A DNA stretch of 64,000 nt from Octopus vulgaris (lineage: Eukaryota). The notes below the pieces were generated by a model. The model saw only the letters and a program-made list of their open reading frames with translations. It was not told the DNA's origin and ran no database searches. Each line of letters starts with the position of its first letter. Position 1 is the stretch's first letter. Made by a program: the position numbers and the translations under genes. Below are positions 12,993 through 26,060 of the stretch, piece after piece. The stretch lies in NCBI GenBank assembly GCA_951406725.2, contig OX597819.1, positions 39,184,001-39,248,000 on the forward strand. Reading direction: 5' to 3'.

Positions 12993-14141
12993 CAGAGTGT
13001 TAGTTTCTTTTGCTTTTTTTTTTTGAGAACATCTCTTTCAAGAGCTCTAGCTTTCTTCTAACCTTTTTTACTTTACTTTTCAGATCAATAAAATCAGCGA
13101 TGATATTGACTCAGCAAACGAAAAGACATGCTCTAATCGTAGCCTTAAAAGCGCAGCATACTGATACAGACATAGCTCGCTTCTTGAAAGTTGCCCGATT
13201 CTTCCTTGTCAAAGTTCGAAAGGAGCTGGAAACTGCCGGCGTGAATTCAACATCAGCAACTAAACGCAAAACGGTTGCACAGGATCCTATAATATCATCT
13301 GAACACATACATTTTTACAAAAAGTAAAAGAAATAATCGATGAAAACCCAGGAATATCAATCAGAGCCATTGCAAAGGTCTTCAGGGTTTCAGAATGCAC
13401 TATCAAAAGAGTTCTGCATGAGGATATCTGATACAAGTCGTATGTGACGCGGAGAGGGTGTGACAAAAGAGAACCATTCGATCCGCGCAAAGCTCTTGAA
13501 GATACTAAGCTGCTGGAATGCTTTGATTTTTCTCCGTTCAGAAAAATTTCGAACAAGAAAAAAGAAACTGAAAGAAATAGAGATGGTTATGCAGAAACCC
13601 GAATAAGATTTCAGCAACTGTGATGGTTCTGGGAGTCATCAACAACAAGAGAGATGTCATGCCTCCTCACATTTTTTCACGGGGCTTCAGCCAATGCCGC
13701 TGTCTACACAGAGGTATTGGAGAAAGTTGTGCGGTACTGGATAACCAGAGTTCGCAACAAGCGCGTCTTCCAACAATACTCTACGCCGCCTCATAAGGCT
13801 AGGACAACCCAAGCGTGGATGCATGCCAAATTCCATGATCATGCTCCTTACTCACCAGACCTCAATGTACTGGGTGTAATCGAGAGGCCAATCAAAATCC
13901 TCATAACAGCATACAAACTCTCAAGTCCAACATAAGCAGTACTATATCCAAAATTAATAAAATTCATCTGATTCGGATATGTCAATACTTCCAACGCCAT
14001 TAATGCCAGCGGTGGATTGATTGAATAAGTGTGATAAAAGGATTTTCAAGATAATTTGTACTAATTTGTTTTCAAATACAGCGTTTCTTTGATGAACTAT
14101 GCGTCTTTTTCTAAATTCATGCATGTCTTCAATAAACCCTG
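12993..14141 (+). mobile_element. decayed Tc1/mariner (DD37D/maT-like) transposon
   Basis: TA-CAGAGT...ACCCTG-TA ends; fragments of HTH, VFQQYSTPPH and PYSPDLN; many frameshifts. Confidence 0.8.
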
Positions 14142-14158
14142 TATATATATATATATAT

Positions 14159-14889
14159 CAGAACCACGCTAATAGCTTAGGAGTGAACTTTAGGATTTCT
14201 CAGTTTCCTGTGAATCTATTTTGATAAAACTTTCCCCATCTGGTTTGCACACTATGGCAACACCATTGTTATGTTTTCATTATTCTATGTAATATCCTTT
14301 TTTTTATTTCAGATTCTTCAGTTTTTAGGTGAACCATGCTAATAATATCTCTTCTCTCTAAGAACAATGTGACGTGGAAAAAGCCTTAACGATGAAGAAA
14401 AGTCTGTCATCATTGAGCAAAGTGCTAAAGTCACCTCTCTTCATGTCATTGCGGAGTAGTTAGGTCGTCATGTGGACACGGTTAGACGATTCCTGAAAAA
14501 CACTTCGCCATGGAAGAACCGATCCGATTGTGGGAACTCCAAGACTGTGACAGCTAGGGGCTTAAGGAATATTGTCCGCAAATTCCGTGAGAAACCTGGA
14601 CAAACAAGCAAAGCCATTTTCACCGCCTCCGGACTTGCTCATGTACCGAAAACCATCACAAATCGCATCCTCAGGACCATGGCTTCGATGCGAGAACCCC
14701 TGAAACTACCTCTTTTAGATGGGCTCTTTTTATTCAAAAGCTATTAGCATGGTTAACCCAAAATCTGAAGAAACTGAAATATAAAAGAAAGGACGTTACA
14801 CATAATAATGAAATCATAACAATGGCGTTGCCAGTGTGTGCAAACCAGCTGGGGGGAAAGTTTTATCAAAATCTATTCACAGAAAACTG
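14159..14889 (+). mobile_element. internally deleted Tc1/Tc3-like element with long IR/DR-type TIRs
   Basis: ~145-bp inverted arms 14201-14345 / 14742-14889; N-terminal HTH remnant RGKSLNDEEKSVII..LGRHVDTVRRFLK. Confidence 0.8.
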
Positions 14890-17292
14890 GTATATATGCC
14901 CTTTTTTTATTAAAACTGAAGCTGAGAGTTTATTTTGCGACTCAAGTTTCATGCAACAGCGATTTTCAGGCGAAACTGTTACCACTCTATAACTCTATAT
15001 TGGTGACCAATACTCAAGTCATGAAACAAACTTTCAGTTTCAGTTTTAACGAAAAAATAAATATATCCTCTACAAAATGTATTGAGCACTCCTTTCTCAT
15101 TTGTTCGACATTAAGCAAGATACGTGAACATACACACACAAAAACACACACGCACTTATATATATAAATATTTTTTGGCAGTAATTTTATGTTTATCAAT
15201 GTATCTATGTAAGAGTGTGTGTCTGTATTTAAGTATATATTTCCAAAATTTCGTTTATAATCACAGTCTGTTAGAAATACGATAACGATATGGAAAATTT
15301 GCTTTAAAATTTTTTGATGTTCAATCGTTCTATTCGCAAGCAGAAGTCAATAAATAAATGTGATTGGCATCAATAGTTCTTGCTATTAGATACAATGTGT
15401 CTACCATCTAATAAATTGGTTTCAGACATTCAAAGCCTCTGTCAAAGAAATTTAAACGATCTTCATAAATGTCTGTCTTGTGTATGTGTGCCTATACGTC
15501 TACAGAAGTTTAGTAATGACATGAGAATATTTCCCCAGTGATGCCGTCTGCAAGTTAAACGTATAGCTAAGTAGGAGCTAACATACGTAAATGTAGCGAG
15601 CCAAAATATAATTCAATCAATTAAAATTATAACCGTAATGAAAAATAAATCGTGGAAGGTCTATTGGCGGAACTGTTATAGGATAGTTTTAAATGCCTTG
15701 TGGAATATGTTCCAGCTCCTTGCATTTTGACTGAAACACTTGTGATGACATTGGTGTTAAATCATATTGATCCATGTCGGTGACCATTCCCTTGGTTAAA
15801 CTTTGGTAGCGTAGAGAGAGGAAGCTAACTTTCATGTATGGAGAACTACATGCCTTCCTCAAAAACTTTTGCAGTTGTCCTGCTTATTAATACGGAGATG
15901 CGTGGTCAAACTTGACCGACGGAGAGCTCCCTTGTCATTGACGAGAATTTTCATTAACTCTACTCATTCGTCCTCTCGTTATTTTGGTAATTAATTCAAT
16001 TTTAGTATATCAAACATTTTCTAGGTCACTACATTAAATATATTGCTTCTTACATGAGCTCTTCGTTCCCTATGGATCATAGGCCATCTACAGCTTTTCT
16101 CCACTGTCCTCGACTCGGCAGTTTTTTTTTGTTTTTTTTTTCCTGCTTTGATCATCTCCCCAGCTTTGTTGGTTTTGAATTGTCATTAATGCTTCTGTAA
16201 CTTTACGTTTTTCTAGGTAGAGCTGTTGACCCTACCACAAACCCACTTTTGCCTCTGGAAAAAGATATCTATTGCTCTGTCCAGCATAGGAACCCCCCTA
16301 CACACACAGACACATACAGCAGCTTGTGCTCCGCTGGCATAACTCTTAGGGCCATTGAAGTATATAAACTACACTGCAACTAGGACTAAGCCTTGTTATA
16401 GTCTAAATATATTAGTTTCATTTAAATACAGGCAACATTGTTTCACGTTTGATTCTGTTGGAAATGTGTTATGACGCCCGATCAAAAGCATTCTAGCAGT
16501 GGCCATACCGTCTTTCTGAGGCGTGTTGGTTTTTATTAGAAGAAATTTTGTCTGCTATTTATTGCAATGCGTCGCACCATATAGAGGCTCCTTCGCTGGC
16601 TCGAGTTTGAGATTTGATACCATTGTGTGACGGCTTTGAATTCAAATCCATACACATGAGTTTCATCTAACCAGACTAATGAGAACAAGCGTGTGCCCTT
16701 TAAAAAGATATGAACGTCACGAAAGGTGTGAAGTGAATCGCGTCCTTGAGTCATAGCCAGGATTCGAAACCCAGACTAAATATTTCAGTAAGCATATCTG
16801 ATGTTCTCGGCTTTTGCACTAAGAAATTTATGAGAATCTATCAAGTACCCTGACCTCCTAATATGCTGCAAATCCCTTATTTTGGTTCGGAAAAAAATTA
16901 GGTGGGGGTTCCACCCCACCCCTCGATCCCAGAATCATTGGAATTTCTTTTCGTTGAATGAATTCCTGTGACCTCCTAATATTGCAAAATTAGGTTACTT
17001 AAGGTGAGCCTGATAACAGAGGGTTTGGGGGTCTTGTTGTTTGTGATTTTGGTGAGCCATGGTGCAACCAACAACATGGTAAAAATCCCTGCCATTAATT
17101 TGGTGTGTTGATGGGTAATATCAAATAATTCAATCACAACATATTTTTTAATTAAACACACAAAAAAAAATGAAATATTATCACTTACATGGAAAAATTA
17201 AAATATTATCTTTCAGTATTTTATAAGGTAAGATCTTAAATTATTAATTGACACCTTATTAATTATAACAGCAATGCCTGGAAAAATCACGG

Positions 17293-18226
17293 ATTACATG
17301 GGAAAATTATAGCATAAAAAGTCATATTCTTAATATTATAAACATGGAAAAGTACAGGACAAGTTCTTACACCTGTAAAAGTATAGGACAAGCTATTACT
17401 TCTAGTGTGGAGGCGCGTGGCTTAGTGGTTAGGGTGTCAGCATCATGATCGCAAGATTGTGGTTTCGATTCCTGGACAGGGCGACGCGTTGTGTTCTTGC
17501 GCAAAACACTTCATTTCACGTTGCTCCAGTCCACTCAGCTGGCAAAAATGAGTAACGCAGTAAGTCAATAAATAAATGTGATTGGCATCAATAGTTCTTG
17601 CTATTAGATACAATGTGTCTACCATCTAATAAATTGGTTTCAGACATTCAAAGCCTCTGTCAAAGAAATTTAAACGATCTTCATAAATGTCTGTCTTGTG
17701 TATGTGTGCGATGGACTGGCGTCCTGTCCAGCTGGGGAACACATACGCCATTGAAACCGGGAAACCGGGTCCATGAGCCTGGCTAGGCTTTAAAAGGGCG
17801 CATTTATTTATTTTTTTATTACCTCTAGCAAAGTAAAGAATAAGAAACTTTTTACTTAAAATATTGCAGCTAAAATTAAAATTTGAATATTAAAAATTAT
17901 TTTATTATTGTTTACAAATATCACTATACTTATTTAAGTAGAATTTGGCTAATTTACTACCTTAAATGCAGAAAAAAGTGACAAACTTACAAATTAGCTG
18001 AACAGTTTTGTACAATAAATTTAAAAGATGAGAACTGTAAAGAGTGATAAATTAGAAGAACTGGCATTCCTTGCTGCAATATTTTAAGTAAAAAGTTTCT
18101 TATTCTTTTACTTTACTAGAAGAAATAGCTTGTCCTATACTTTTACATGTGTAATAACTTGTCCTGAACTTATCCAGGTTTATAATCTTAAGAATATGAC
18201 TTTTCATGCTCGCATTTTTCCATGTA

Positions 18227-18228
<2 letters not shown>
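17293..18228. mobile_element. foldback/MITE-like element with ~160-bp inverted arms; left arm interrupted by a SINE
   Basis: 17293-17405 plus 17823-17870 is the reverse complement of 18073-18228. Confidence 0.7.
17406..17816 (+). mobile_element. tRNA-derived SINE family C (CORE-like) with 12-bp TSD
   Basis: Head GGCGCGTGGCTTAGTGG, B box GTTTCGATTCC, GTGTTCTTG-GCAA-ACACTT central motif; TSD TATTAC(T/C)TCTAG at 17394-17405 and 17817-17828. Confidence 0.9.
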
Positions 18229-18251
<23 letters not shown>

Positions 18252-18258
<7 letters not shown>

Positions 18259-19360
18259 TTCCGTAATGAGATAAAAAACCAAGGCTGTGTAGATTTTAGA
18301 ACATTTATAAATATTTATTATATCCCTTCATTGGAGACGGTATGAGAAGATGGTTAAGCAATAGTTATTTTAGAGAGTGAAGTGGAGGAATGAAAATAGA
18401 TGTGAGATATGCAAGGATATTGTCTTTGTTGATCCATTATTTAGGCAGAATGGCATACATAGATTCCAATATGAGTAAAATCCAATAGTATTTAAAATTG
18501 GTCATTCCATGTATAGAGTTTATACACAGTGTTATTGAATCAAGGGTTTTATTTAAAGTAACCTAAAAGTGGGGAATGTATTAGTAAGGTCAAATCGAAA
18601 ACCTTATTATACATGATTATCATTACTGGAAAAAATCCAAAGTCTTACAGATGTTTCCGGAATATCTCAGAGTATGGGATATTCCGTCATCGGAGACAAA
18701 TAGGGGAAATGAGAAAAGTATAGATTAAGGAAATGACGACATAGAGGACAGGAGTAAAGGAATGAGGAGACGAAGAAAGAGTTGGAACTTTGTATGTTTA
18801 TAACATGCATTTTGCCAAAGTTTTTTGTGAATACTTTACGTCTGAGTTTCAATTAATATTTATTTATCATAATAGTGTATTTACTTTTCCTACAACTATA
18901 CTACAGTGTTTGTATATGAAACTGTTACGACGTTGATTGACGTTAAATGGTGCTTTCTCTTAGTTTGTACTTTTAAACGATATTTGAATTTGTCAGTTAA
19001 ACAGCAATAAGTGTAACAAATTGTATTACTGAAACTAGTTTACCGCAATTCTGAAATAATTTAATTTTAGCATTGAATAAGTGATCAAATTGATATCTAT
19101 TATAGGTAAGTGAAATTCTACATATTATAGTAGCTATTTTTATTTATATTTACTTCATTTTATTTTATCTATCTATTTATTTTTATTTTTAAATAGAGAA
19201 GATTTAGGCAAATTACTCAAATCGGGTGAATTACAAGAGACGATTTTATCGATTCTGGAAAAACCTTTTCCAAAATTAGATCTGTTTGAATCCTGACACG
19301 GAAACGTTAGGTACTGGACACAATAGTTTTTAATATAGAGTTTTATTGCAAAGGTTTTCA
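18252..19360 (-). mobile_element. decayed Penelope-like element 3' portion with pseudo-LTR
   Basis: Abuts (TA)n; contains a clear hammerhead; the upstream part has weak GIY-YIG-like remnants (YTYCCLTDKFKYR). Confidence 0.55.
18642..18697 (-). ncRNA. type-I hammerhead ribozyme motif
   Basis: GTCT-CCGATGA-CGGAATATC-loop-GATATTCCG-GAAA-CATCTG-TA-AGAC: 4-bp stem I, 9-bp stem II, GUA site; U4C core variant. Confidence 0.8.
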
Positions 19361-19505
19361 AATCCTAAAGCCCTTCCAAGATCTTGATATGGCTCAGTTC
19401 AATGTCATTTCAGTTTGATATGACATATTTAAAGTCAAACAAATTATTTCCAGTCATATGGCAATCTGAGAATCACGTGGCAATTTGATGACTAAACTAC
19501 ACACA

Positions 19506-19536
<31 letters not shown>

Positions 19537-19561
19537 TTACACATACACTCACACATCACAC

Positions 19562-19635
<74 letters not shown>

Positions 19636-19639
<4 letters not shown>

Positions 19640-20109
19640 TATGATAAAATTTTTTTCGGGAAAAAAAAATTTATCAATGGCCAGCATATCAAAAAATGCC
19701 TTTAAAGGTAAAATTTATACATAATTTACAAGATAAGGGCAGAAGAAAAATTCCAATGCCAAATATGCCGAAACAAAAAATTGTCGATAACCATTATAAT
19801 TTATGCGTCTCGAAACAAACCGATAGAAATCTCTAAAAAATTCGTTATTACCGTATTGGTCCAATTTCGGGGTTAATTCATAAGAATGAGTATGAGTAAG
19901 TATTTCATTTATATCTCGCGTATTTGCCGCTGAAGAGGGGAAAATTTCTTATGAATTAACCCTGAGATTGGACCAATACGGTAATAACGAATTTTTTAGA
20001 GATTTCTATCGGTTTGTTTCGAGACGCATAAATTATAATGGTTATCGACAATTTTTTGTTTCGGCATATTTGGCATTAGAATTTTTCTACTGCCCTTATC
20101 TTGTAAATA

Positions 20110-20116
<7 letters not shown>
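19636..20116. mobile_element. (TA)n-embedded element with 171-bp inverted arms (19716-19886 / 19946-20116)
   Basis: Near-perfect inverted repeat with a 59-bp spacer; PLE-type inverted pseudo-LTR arrangement. Confidence 0.8.
19926..19982 (+). ncRNA. type-I hammerhead ribozyme motif
   Basis: GCCG-CTGAAGA-GGGG-loop-CCCT-GAGA-TTGGACCAA-TA-CGGT; the inverted arm keeps the intact CCCC-GAAA version. Confidence 0.75.
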
Positions 20117-20153
<37 letters not shown>

Positions 20154-20203
20154 GCAACAATTTACCCATCGCATCCTGTGTGTATGTGGTGCGTGTGTGT
20201 ATA

Positions 20204-21390
20204 CAGGGTGTGATGGGTAAATTGTCACCATTTTATATTTTTAATTTCGTGCATGCATATTGTTCCTTTTCGATTTTGTCGACTACACATAGTAGGGTCA
20301 GTTGGGCACCGTCTGTGAGAAAAAACAGCACCATGATGCAATTCAGTCTGCCAGAAATTTGGAAACGACATGCTGTACTGCTTGGCATTCGTGCCGAATC
20401 TCCAATACGAACATTTCCGAGTGTTTGGGTGTCAATCTGCGGACAATGCAGAGAATTCGGAAAGAGATAAGTCTGATGGTGATTACGAAGGTACGGCAGT
20501 TTGGAAAACTCATTCTGATTGTTCTGATGAGAAAAGAACTCCTGAATTTGTTGGTGAATTCCAGGACAAGATTGACAACGATCCCTCCAAGTCAATCAGG
20601 TCCATCGCCAGGAACGTGGGGGTGTCTGAGTTTCAGGCAGGTAGTGCATGAAGACATTCGGTATTCCTCATACAAGATGAAAAAGCGCCAATTTGTATCC
20701 CAAGCCATCAAGGACAAGAGGAAGACCGCGCTATGAAGCTTTTGAACAAACTCAAGTATCCCCTCCAACCGAACATGATTTGGTTTTTCTCAGACAAGAA
20801 AAATTACTGTCAAGATTAGATGGTAAACACACGGAACAACCGTTGGCTTGCCGTGTCCCCAAAGCATGTACCCAGAGTGATAAAAATAGTGGTGTTTGAC
20901 GTGATCACTAGAGATGGCAATGTTATGCTACCATTCATCTTCCCACACAGCCTCTGACACAACACAGAGGCCTTCATCAAGTGCCCGAAGGAGATAGTGC
21001 TACCCTGGATCAAGAGAGTAGCTGCTGGAAGACCCTATATCTGGCAACAGGACTGTACACCATGCTACACAAGTAAGAGAATCTAGTCATGACTGTCAGA
21101 CAATTTCTGCGACCACACCACCCATAACATCTGACCGCCTAGCTCCCCAGTCTGTAGCCCCTTGATTGTTATGTGCGGGGCGCATTTGAGCGAGAGACCA
21201 ACAAAGCTCCTTGTAACATCAAAGATGAACTGAAGGCAAGGATTATGGCAGCATTCACCAACTTAAACAAGGAGACCATCCAGAAGAGTTCGGACGCTGT
21301 CTGGAGACCGTGATTGAAGCTAATAGCGACTTCATTGAATAAATTTACAGTTTAATATTTCAAGATAATTTTATGTAATTTTTATGTAAT
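20204..21390 (+). mobile_element. decayed Tc1/mariner (DD37D/maT-like) transposon, right end missing
   Basis: TA-CAGGGTGTGATGGGTAAATTG TIR; WFFSD, IWQQD and SP..SPLD motifs broken by stops and frameshifts. Confidence 0.85.
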
Positions 21391-21404
21391 TTTTATGCAA
21401 TTTA

Positions 21405-23765
21405 CAGTGTAGAGTTCGGCGGTCCAACATGATAAATGATTTGGGAAAAAAAAGAGATTGAATGAAAGGGAGGTAATAATGGTGATCCCAGCGAATTAAG
21501 GTGTGCGAGCATATGTGTTTGTGAGAATGTTGTGTGTGAGTGTATATGTGTGAATGAGGGCGAGTCAGTCTGATGTGTGCTTTTTCAAGTTGTGTGTGCA
21601 CATGTGTATGTGTGTGTATGTCTGTGAGCAAATAGTGTGCCTGTGTATAGTGTATGCTTGTGAGTTATCGTTGTCTATGCGTGTTGCGTGTGGATGTATA
21701 TGTATTATCTGTGTTTATGTATTATGTGCTTGTATGGTTGTGGGATTATATATCGTCTGTCTTCAGGTATTATGTGCTTGTGCAGGTGTGGGAGTGTGCA
21801 TGTTGGTGTGTGGTGTGTGTACTGAGTTAAACAGTGTGTCTGGCTGCTCGTATAGTGGTATGTGTAATGACGTTATTGGAGATTGTGTCTGGGTGCATGT
21901 ATAATGGTATGTGGTGTGGGTGCTGAGAAGTGGTCGGTGCTAGAGTGTGAGGAATGGGAAGGTGTTGTGGGTGGGTGTGTAAAGGTGTGTGAAGTGCGTG
22001 ATGAGTTGAACAGCGTGTACATGTGTGTGTAAGGTGGTGCGTATGTGGTGAGAGTAGCGAGGTGGGCGGTATGAAGGTGTATAGGTGGAGGGGCAGTTGA
22101 ATGTGGGAGGTGTATGGGAATCCGTGCGAAGTTGGTGTCAGATGAAGGGATGAGGTGAGGTGAGCCCATAAGTTGCAAAGGAACGAAGGGAGTAAATTCA
22201 TTCCTGTTCATAGCGAAAGCGGGAGTCCGGGTGGCCCCTGTACAGAGACAGTCCGAACACAGACAGATGTATCGAATAACAGGTAGAGCGGAAGTGGCGC
22301 GAGACCGGAGTGTCACTGCCGAGTCTGATGTCTCGGAGGTGCTCCGCGAAACGGTCGGCCAAGCGGCGTCCTTTTGACCAATGTACACGGAAGGACAGAG
22401 ATAGTAGAAGATGCAGTAAATAACATTACTAGAGGTGCATGTAAAGGAGTCACTGACGTGATAGGGCCGGTGATGGGTACCTGTGAGGATGGTGGTGTAG
22501 GAGAGGTAGAGGCAGGTGCGACAACGTGGGTGGGAGCAGAGGAAAGACCAGGACTGGGAGGCGAGGGTGGAGAAGAAACTGTGGACTAGGAGGTCACGCA
22601 GGTTATGGACCGTTTTGAAGGAGGGAAGGGGTAGGTTAGGGAAGATGTGCGAGGAGGAGGGTTGGACTGGAGTCTCTGGAAGGCTCGGAGAATGGCGTGT
22701 TGGAGGGGTGGTAGGTGAGTGGAAACGGGAGACGGGTAAGAGCAGAGGCATGGTCCACAGATCGTGCCCGGGCAAGGGCAGTGTGGATAATGGTGAGGAT
22801 GACGTGACGAGCCATAAGTTAAAACTGAATCTCAAAGTCATGGTCGTCACTGCAGAGCCTGCGTAGACGGAGGAATTGGGAGTAGGAGATGGAGAGCTAT
22901 GAGTAGGGTGGAGGAGTTAAGGTAGGAGTGTGAGTCGGTGTGTTTGTAGTGGATGAAGGTAGTGAGAGCGGAGTGGTGTATGCTGACAGAAATGTCGAGA
23001 AATTCGACGGAAGAGTTAGAGATAGTGCAGGAGAATTCGAGGGCAGGATGGAAGGATTGGACAAAGGAGAGGAAGGAGTCCAGTTGTTCGCAGGAGAGTT
23101 TGGTCGCACCGATACAGTCATTGATATAATAACCGTATACCTCGGGAGTGGAATTAGTGAATTGTAAGAATATTTGGGCCTCCGCATAGCCATCGAACAG
23201 GTTCGCATGGTTTCAGCCCATTCTCGTTCCCATGGCCATTCCAGCTTTATGTTGGTAAAACTCCCCCGCGAACGAGAAGCACTTGAGGCAGACGAAGATG
23301 TGTGGGGGTGTCAGGTTGAGGGTCAGGCGGAATGTCAAGGAAGTGTTTAAGCGCAAGAAGTCCGTTGTGTGGGATCACCGTATTCAAACTTTTAATGTCA
23401 AGAGTGAACAGGAGTTGAGAGGGGCCAGAAGAGAAGGAGAGAGAGTTAAACAGACGGAGAGCATGATTGGTGTCGTAGATGTGTGAGTGGAGGGAAGCCA
23501 CTAAGGGGTAAGGACACGGTCAAGGTATTTGGCGATCATTTCCGTTGAGCAGTTGAGGCAGAGACGATGGAGCGGCCAGGGTTGTTAGGCTTGTGAATTT
23601 GGGGAAGGAACTAAATAGTGGGGATGCGTGGGATACGGACAATTATGTTGGAGGCGGTGGGAGGGAGACAGGGGGAAGAAATGGGATCATGAATAGTGGA
23701 GGAGACAATCTGTTGGTAGTTAGACGTGGGGTTGGAGGGCAGAGAGCAATAGTAGGAGGTGTCTT
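21405..23765 (-). mobile_element. Penelope-like retroelement relic (RT + GIY-YIG)
   Basis: LFTLDIKSLNTVIPH, GMAMGTRMG*NHANLF, YIND (YIDD-like), CSHPRCRTC, FTCTSSNVIYCI..CPSVYIGQ; frameshifted. Confidence 0.9.
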
Positions 23766-23767
23766 AT

Positions 23768-23768
23768 C

Positions 23769-23799
<31 letters not shown>

Positions 23800-24097
23800 T
23801 GTATGTATGTATGTTTGGATGGATGGATGGATGGATGGATGGATGGATGGATGGATGGATGGATGGATGGATGGATGGATGTATGTATATAGATAGATAG
23901 CTAGACAGATAGATAGATAGATAGATAGATACATACATACATACATACATACATGCATACATACATACATAGAGAGAGAGAGAGATTGTTGAGCGAGAGT
24001 AAAAGATTGTTGTTACGTTCCGTGTGGTTACTGCCGTTTGTTTCGATTATATTGTTATATACACTGTTGAAGGGTATTCGTTTATCTATAAGGATAT

Positions 24098-24145
<48 letters not shown>

Positions 24146-24321
24146 TGTATGTATGTATGTATGTATGTATATATATGCATGTATGTGTGTTGTATATGTA
24201 ATGTGTATGTAAATATACACATAATGTATATGTAAACATACACATACATACACACACCACATACACACATACATACATACATATATACATACATACATAC
24301 ATACATACATACATACATACA

Positions 24322-24350
<29 letters not shown>
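23768..24350. repeat. compound tetranucleotide/dinucleotide microsatellites (TATG, GGAT, GATA, CATA, TA)
   Basis: Directly visible. Confidence 0.9.
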
Positions 24351-24351
<1 letters not shown>

Positions 24352-24353
<2 letters not shown>

Positions 24354-24533
24354 GTAAAATTGACTGTTTGAAGAGTGGAAACTCCAACGTTTCGGAAAGA
24401 TCCCTGCTTCATGGAAAAGTTAACAGAAGTCAAATTAAAGAGCAGTCGCCGAATTTCACTTCTGTCAACTTTTCCCTGAAGAAGAGCTCTTTCCAAAACG
24501 TTATATATTCCACTTCCCACGGCAATTCTACTA
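24352..24533. mobile_element. diverged inverted pair of hammerhead-like motifs (24383-24415 minus; 24473-24505 plus)
   Basis: The two arms jointly give TCC-CTGAAGA-A-GG..CC-GAAA-CG-TT-GGA; each arm alone is mutated. Confidence 0.55.
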
Positions 24534-24583
24534 AATAATACAGCGTTGCCTTTGAAGTCAGAGTTCAAATGGATACTGTTTTA

Positions 24584-24674
<91 letters not shown>

Positions 24675-24789
24675 CGTGTGTGTGTGTGTTTGTGTGGTTT
24701 TTGTTTTGCAAGACTCTTGATGTAATATCAGTGTTGAGAGAAATCTATTTTAGGGTGGTAAATTTGCCAAAACCATATATATATATATG

Positions 24790-26060
24790 CCTTTATAAAA
24801 AAAAACGTGTGTTTGTGCACGTTTCCTTTTTTTATTGGCAAGCATCACGAACGTTTCTAGACCTTCATAGTCTCACCTTTAGGATGAAGAGGATTTAGCG
24901 TGTGTTACTGCATCTTTATATTAAGCAGAATTTATGTGATCGGTAAAAGATTTGGATAGTGGCGATTAGGTGTTTATTCTAGTCTTGTGTCTTGTGTGTT
25001 TATTTCAACGTTGTGCTGTTGTGAGTGTTGCTTCCATCATAAAATATATATCTTCGAGTGAATTCTGTAGTGTATACACATATTGTCCTCTAATTTTTTT
25101 TATCAAGCATTGTTTTGTGCTATATGGTATAAAGTAATGTAAGTGTTCCTGCTGTAAGTGTATAGTAATCCGGTGGAGAGCGTGTTACCAGAATAACAGT
25201 TGAAGTCGTGACGTTTACAACTTACGACTTCGATGTTTGCAACTGAATTTATAAATGCATTAATCATTAGTAACTTATTTGTAGGTTTACAAGCTGGTGG
25301 TTTATCACTGAGGAAAAATTTCTTTTAATTTTATTTTGTTTCTGATATATTAATAGTGTTAGCTTATGGCTTGGAATAATGCATTTTGTGTTCTGTTTTT
25401 TGAGAATTTTTATATTTTCGTCAATTTTATAGTTATTATGTATGTATTTGATATATATATAACAGACTTTATGGATGGTTTATGTATTTTAAATAGATGT
25501 GGTATCTGATGTATTTACTGTGTTGAATTTGTGCCTGTTACGTACTATGGCTGGGTCTTTTAGTTTGTGAGAATATCCATTGTTCATTATTGTTTGTTTT
25601 ATTCTGTAGATTTTTTAAATCTACTTTATCTATTGCTTCATTTGCTTTCATTTGTGGATGATAATCTGAATGCTATTCTAAGTAGATGTTTTACCTCTGA
25701 CATTTTAAAGTTTTATATCTGAGTAGACGTTCACTCCATGAAAGTACATGCATTTATTTCTGCCTTCGGTGTACAGATACGTAATGTATGTTATTTTCCA
25801 TTAGAGTATTTATGTCTAGTAACAGAGTAATTGAATTGCTTCTGGGAGTTTTATCCGTAATGTTCTAGCTGTTGAATTTCAGTACAAAAATTTTTAGAGT
25901 TTTTTTTCTTTTGCTTGTGATTTTTTCTTCTTTAATTTCTCGACAACTTCTGGAGTGTCCTCCTATGATGAGTATATCACCCACATACCTCATATGTATT
26001 GTCTACTTAGGTCTTAACACCACTTTGTATTACATTGAGGGCGAGATAAGTGAAATGTTC
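24790..26060 (-). mobile_element. highly decayed Penelope-like element
   Basis: MRYVGDILII (RYVDD-like) near 25965-25995, IMNNGYS near 25572-25592, degenerate hammerhead ..AGAC..GTCTAGAAACGTT at 24847-24884. Confidence 0.55.
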
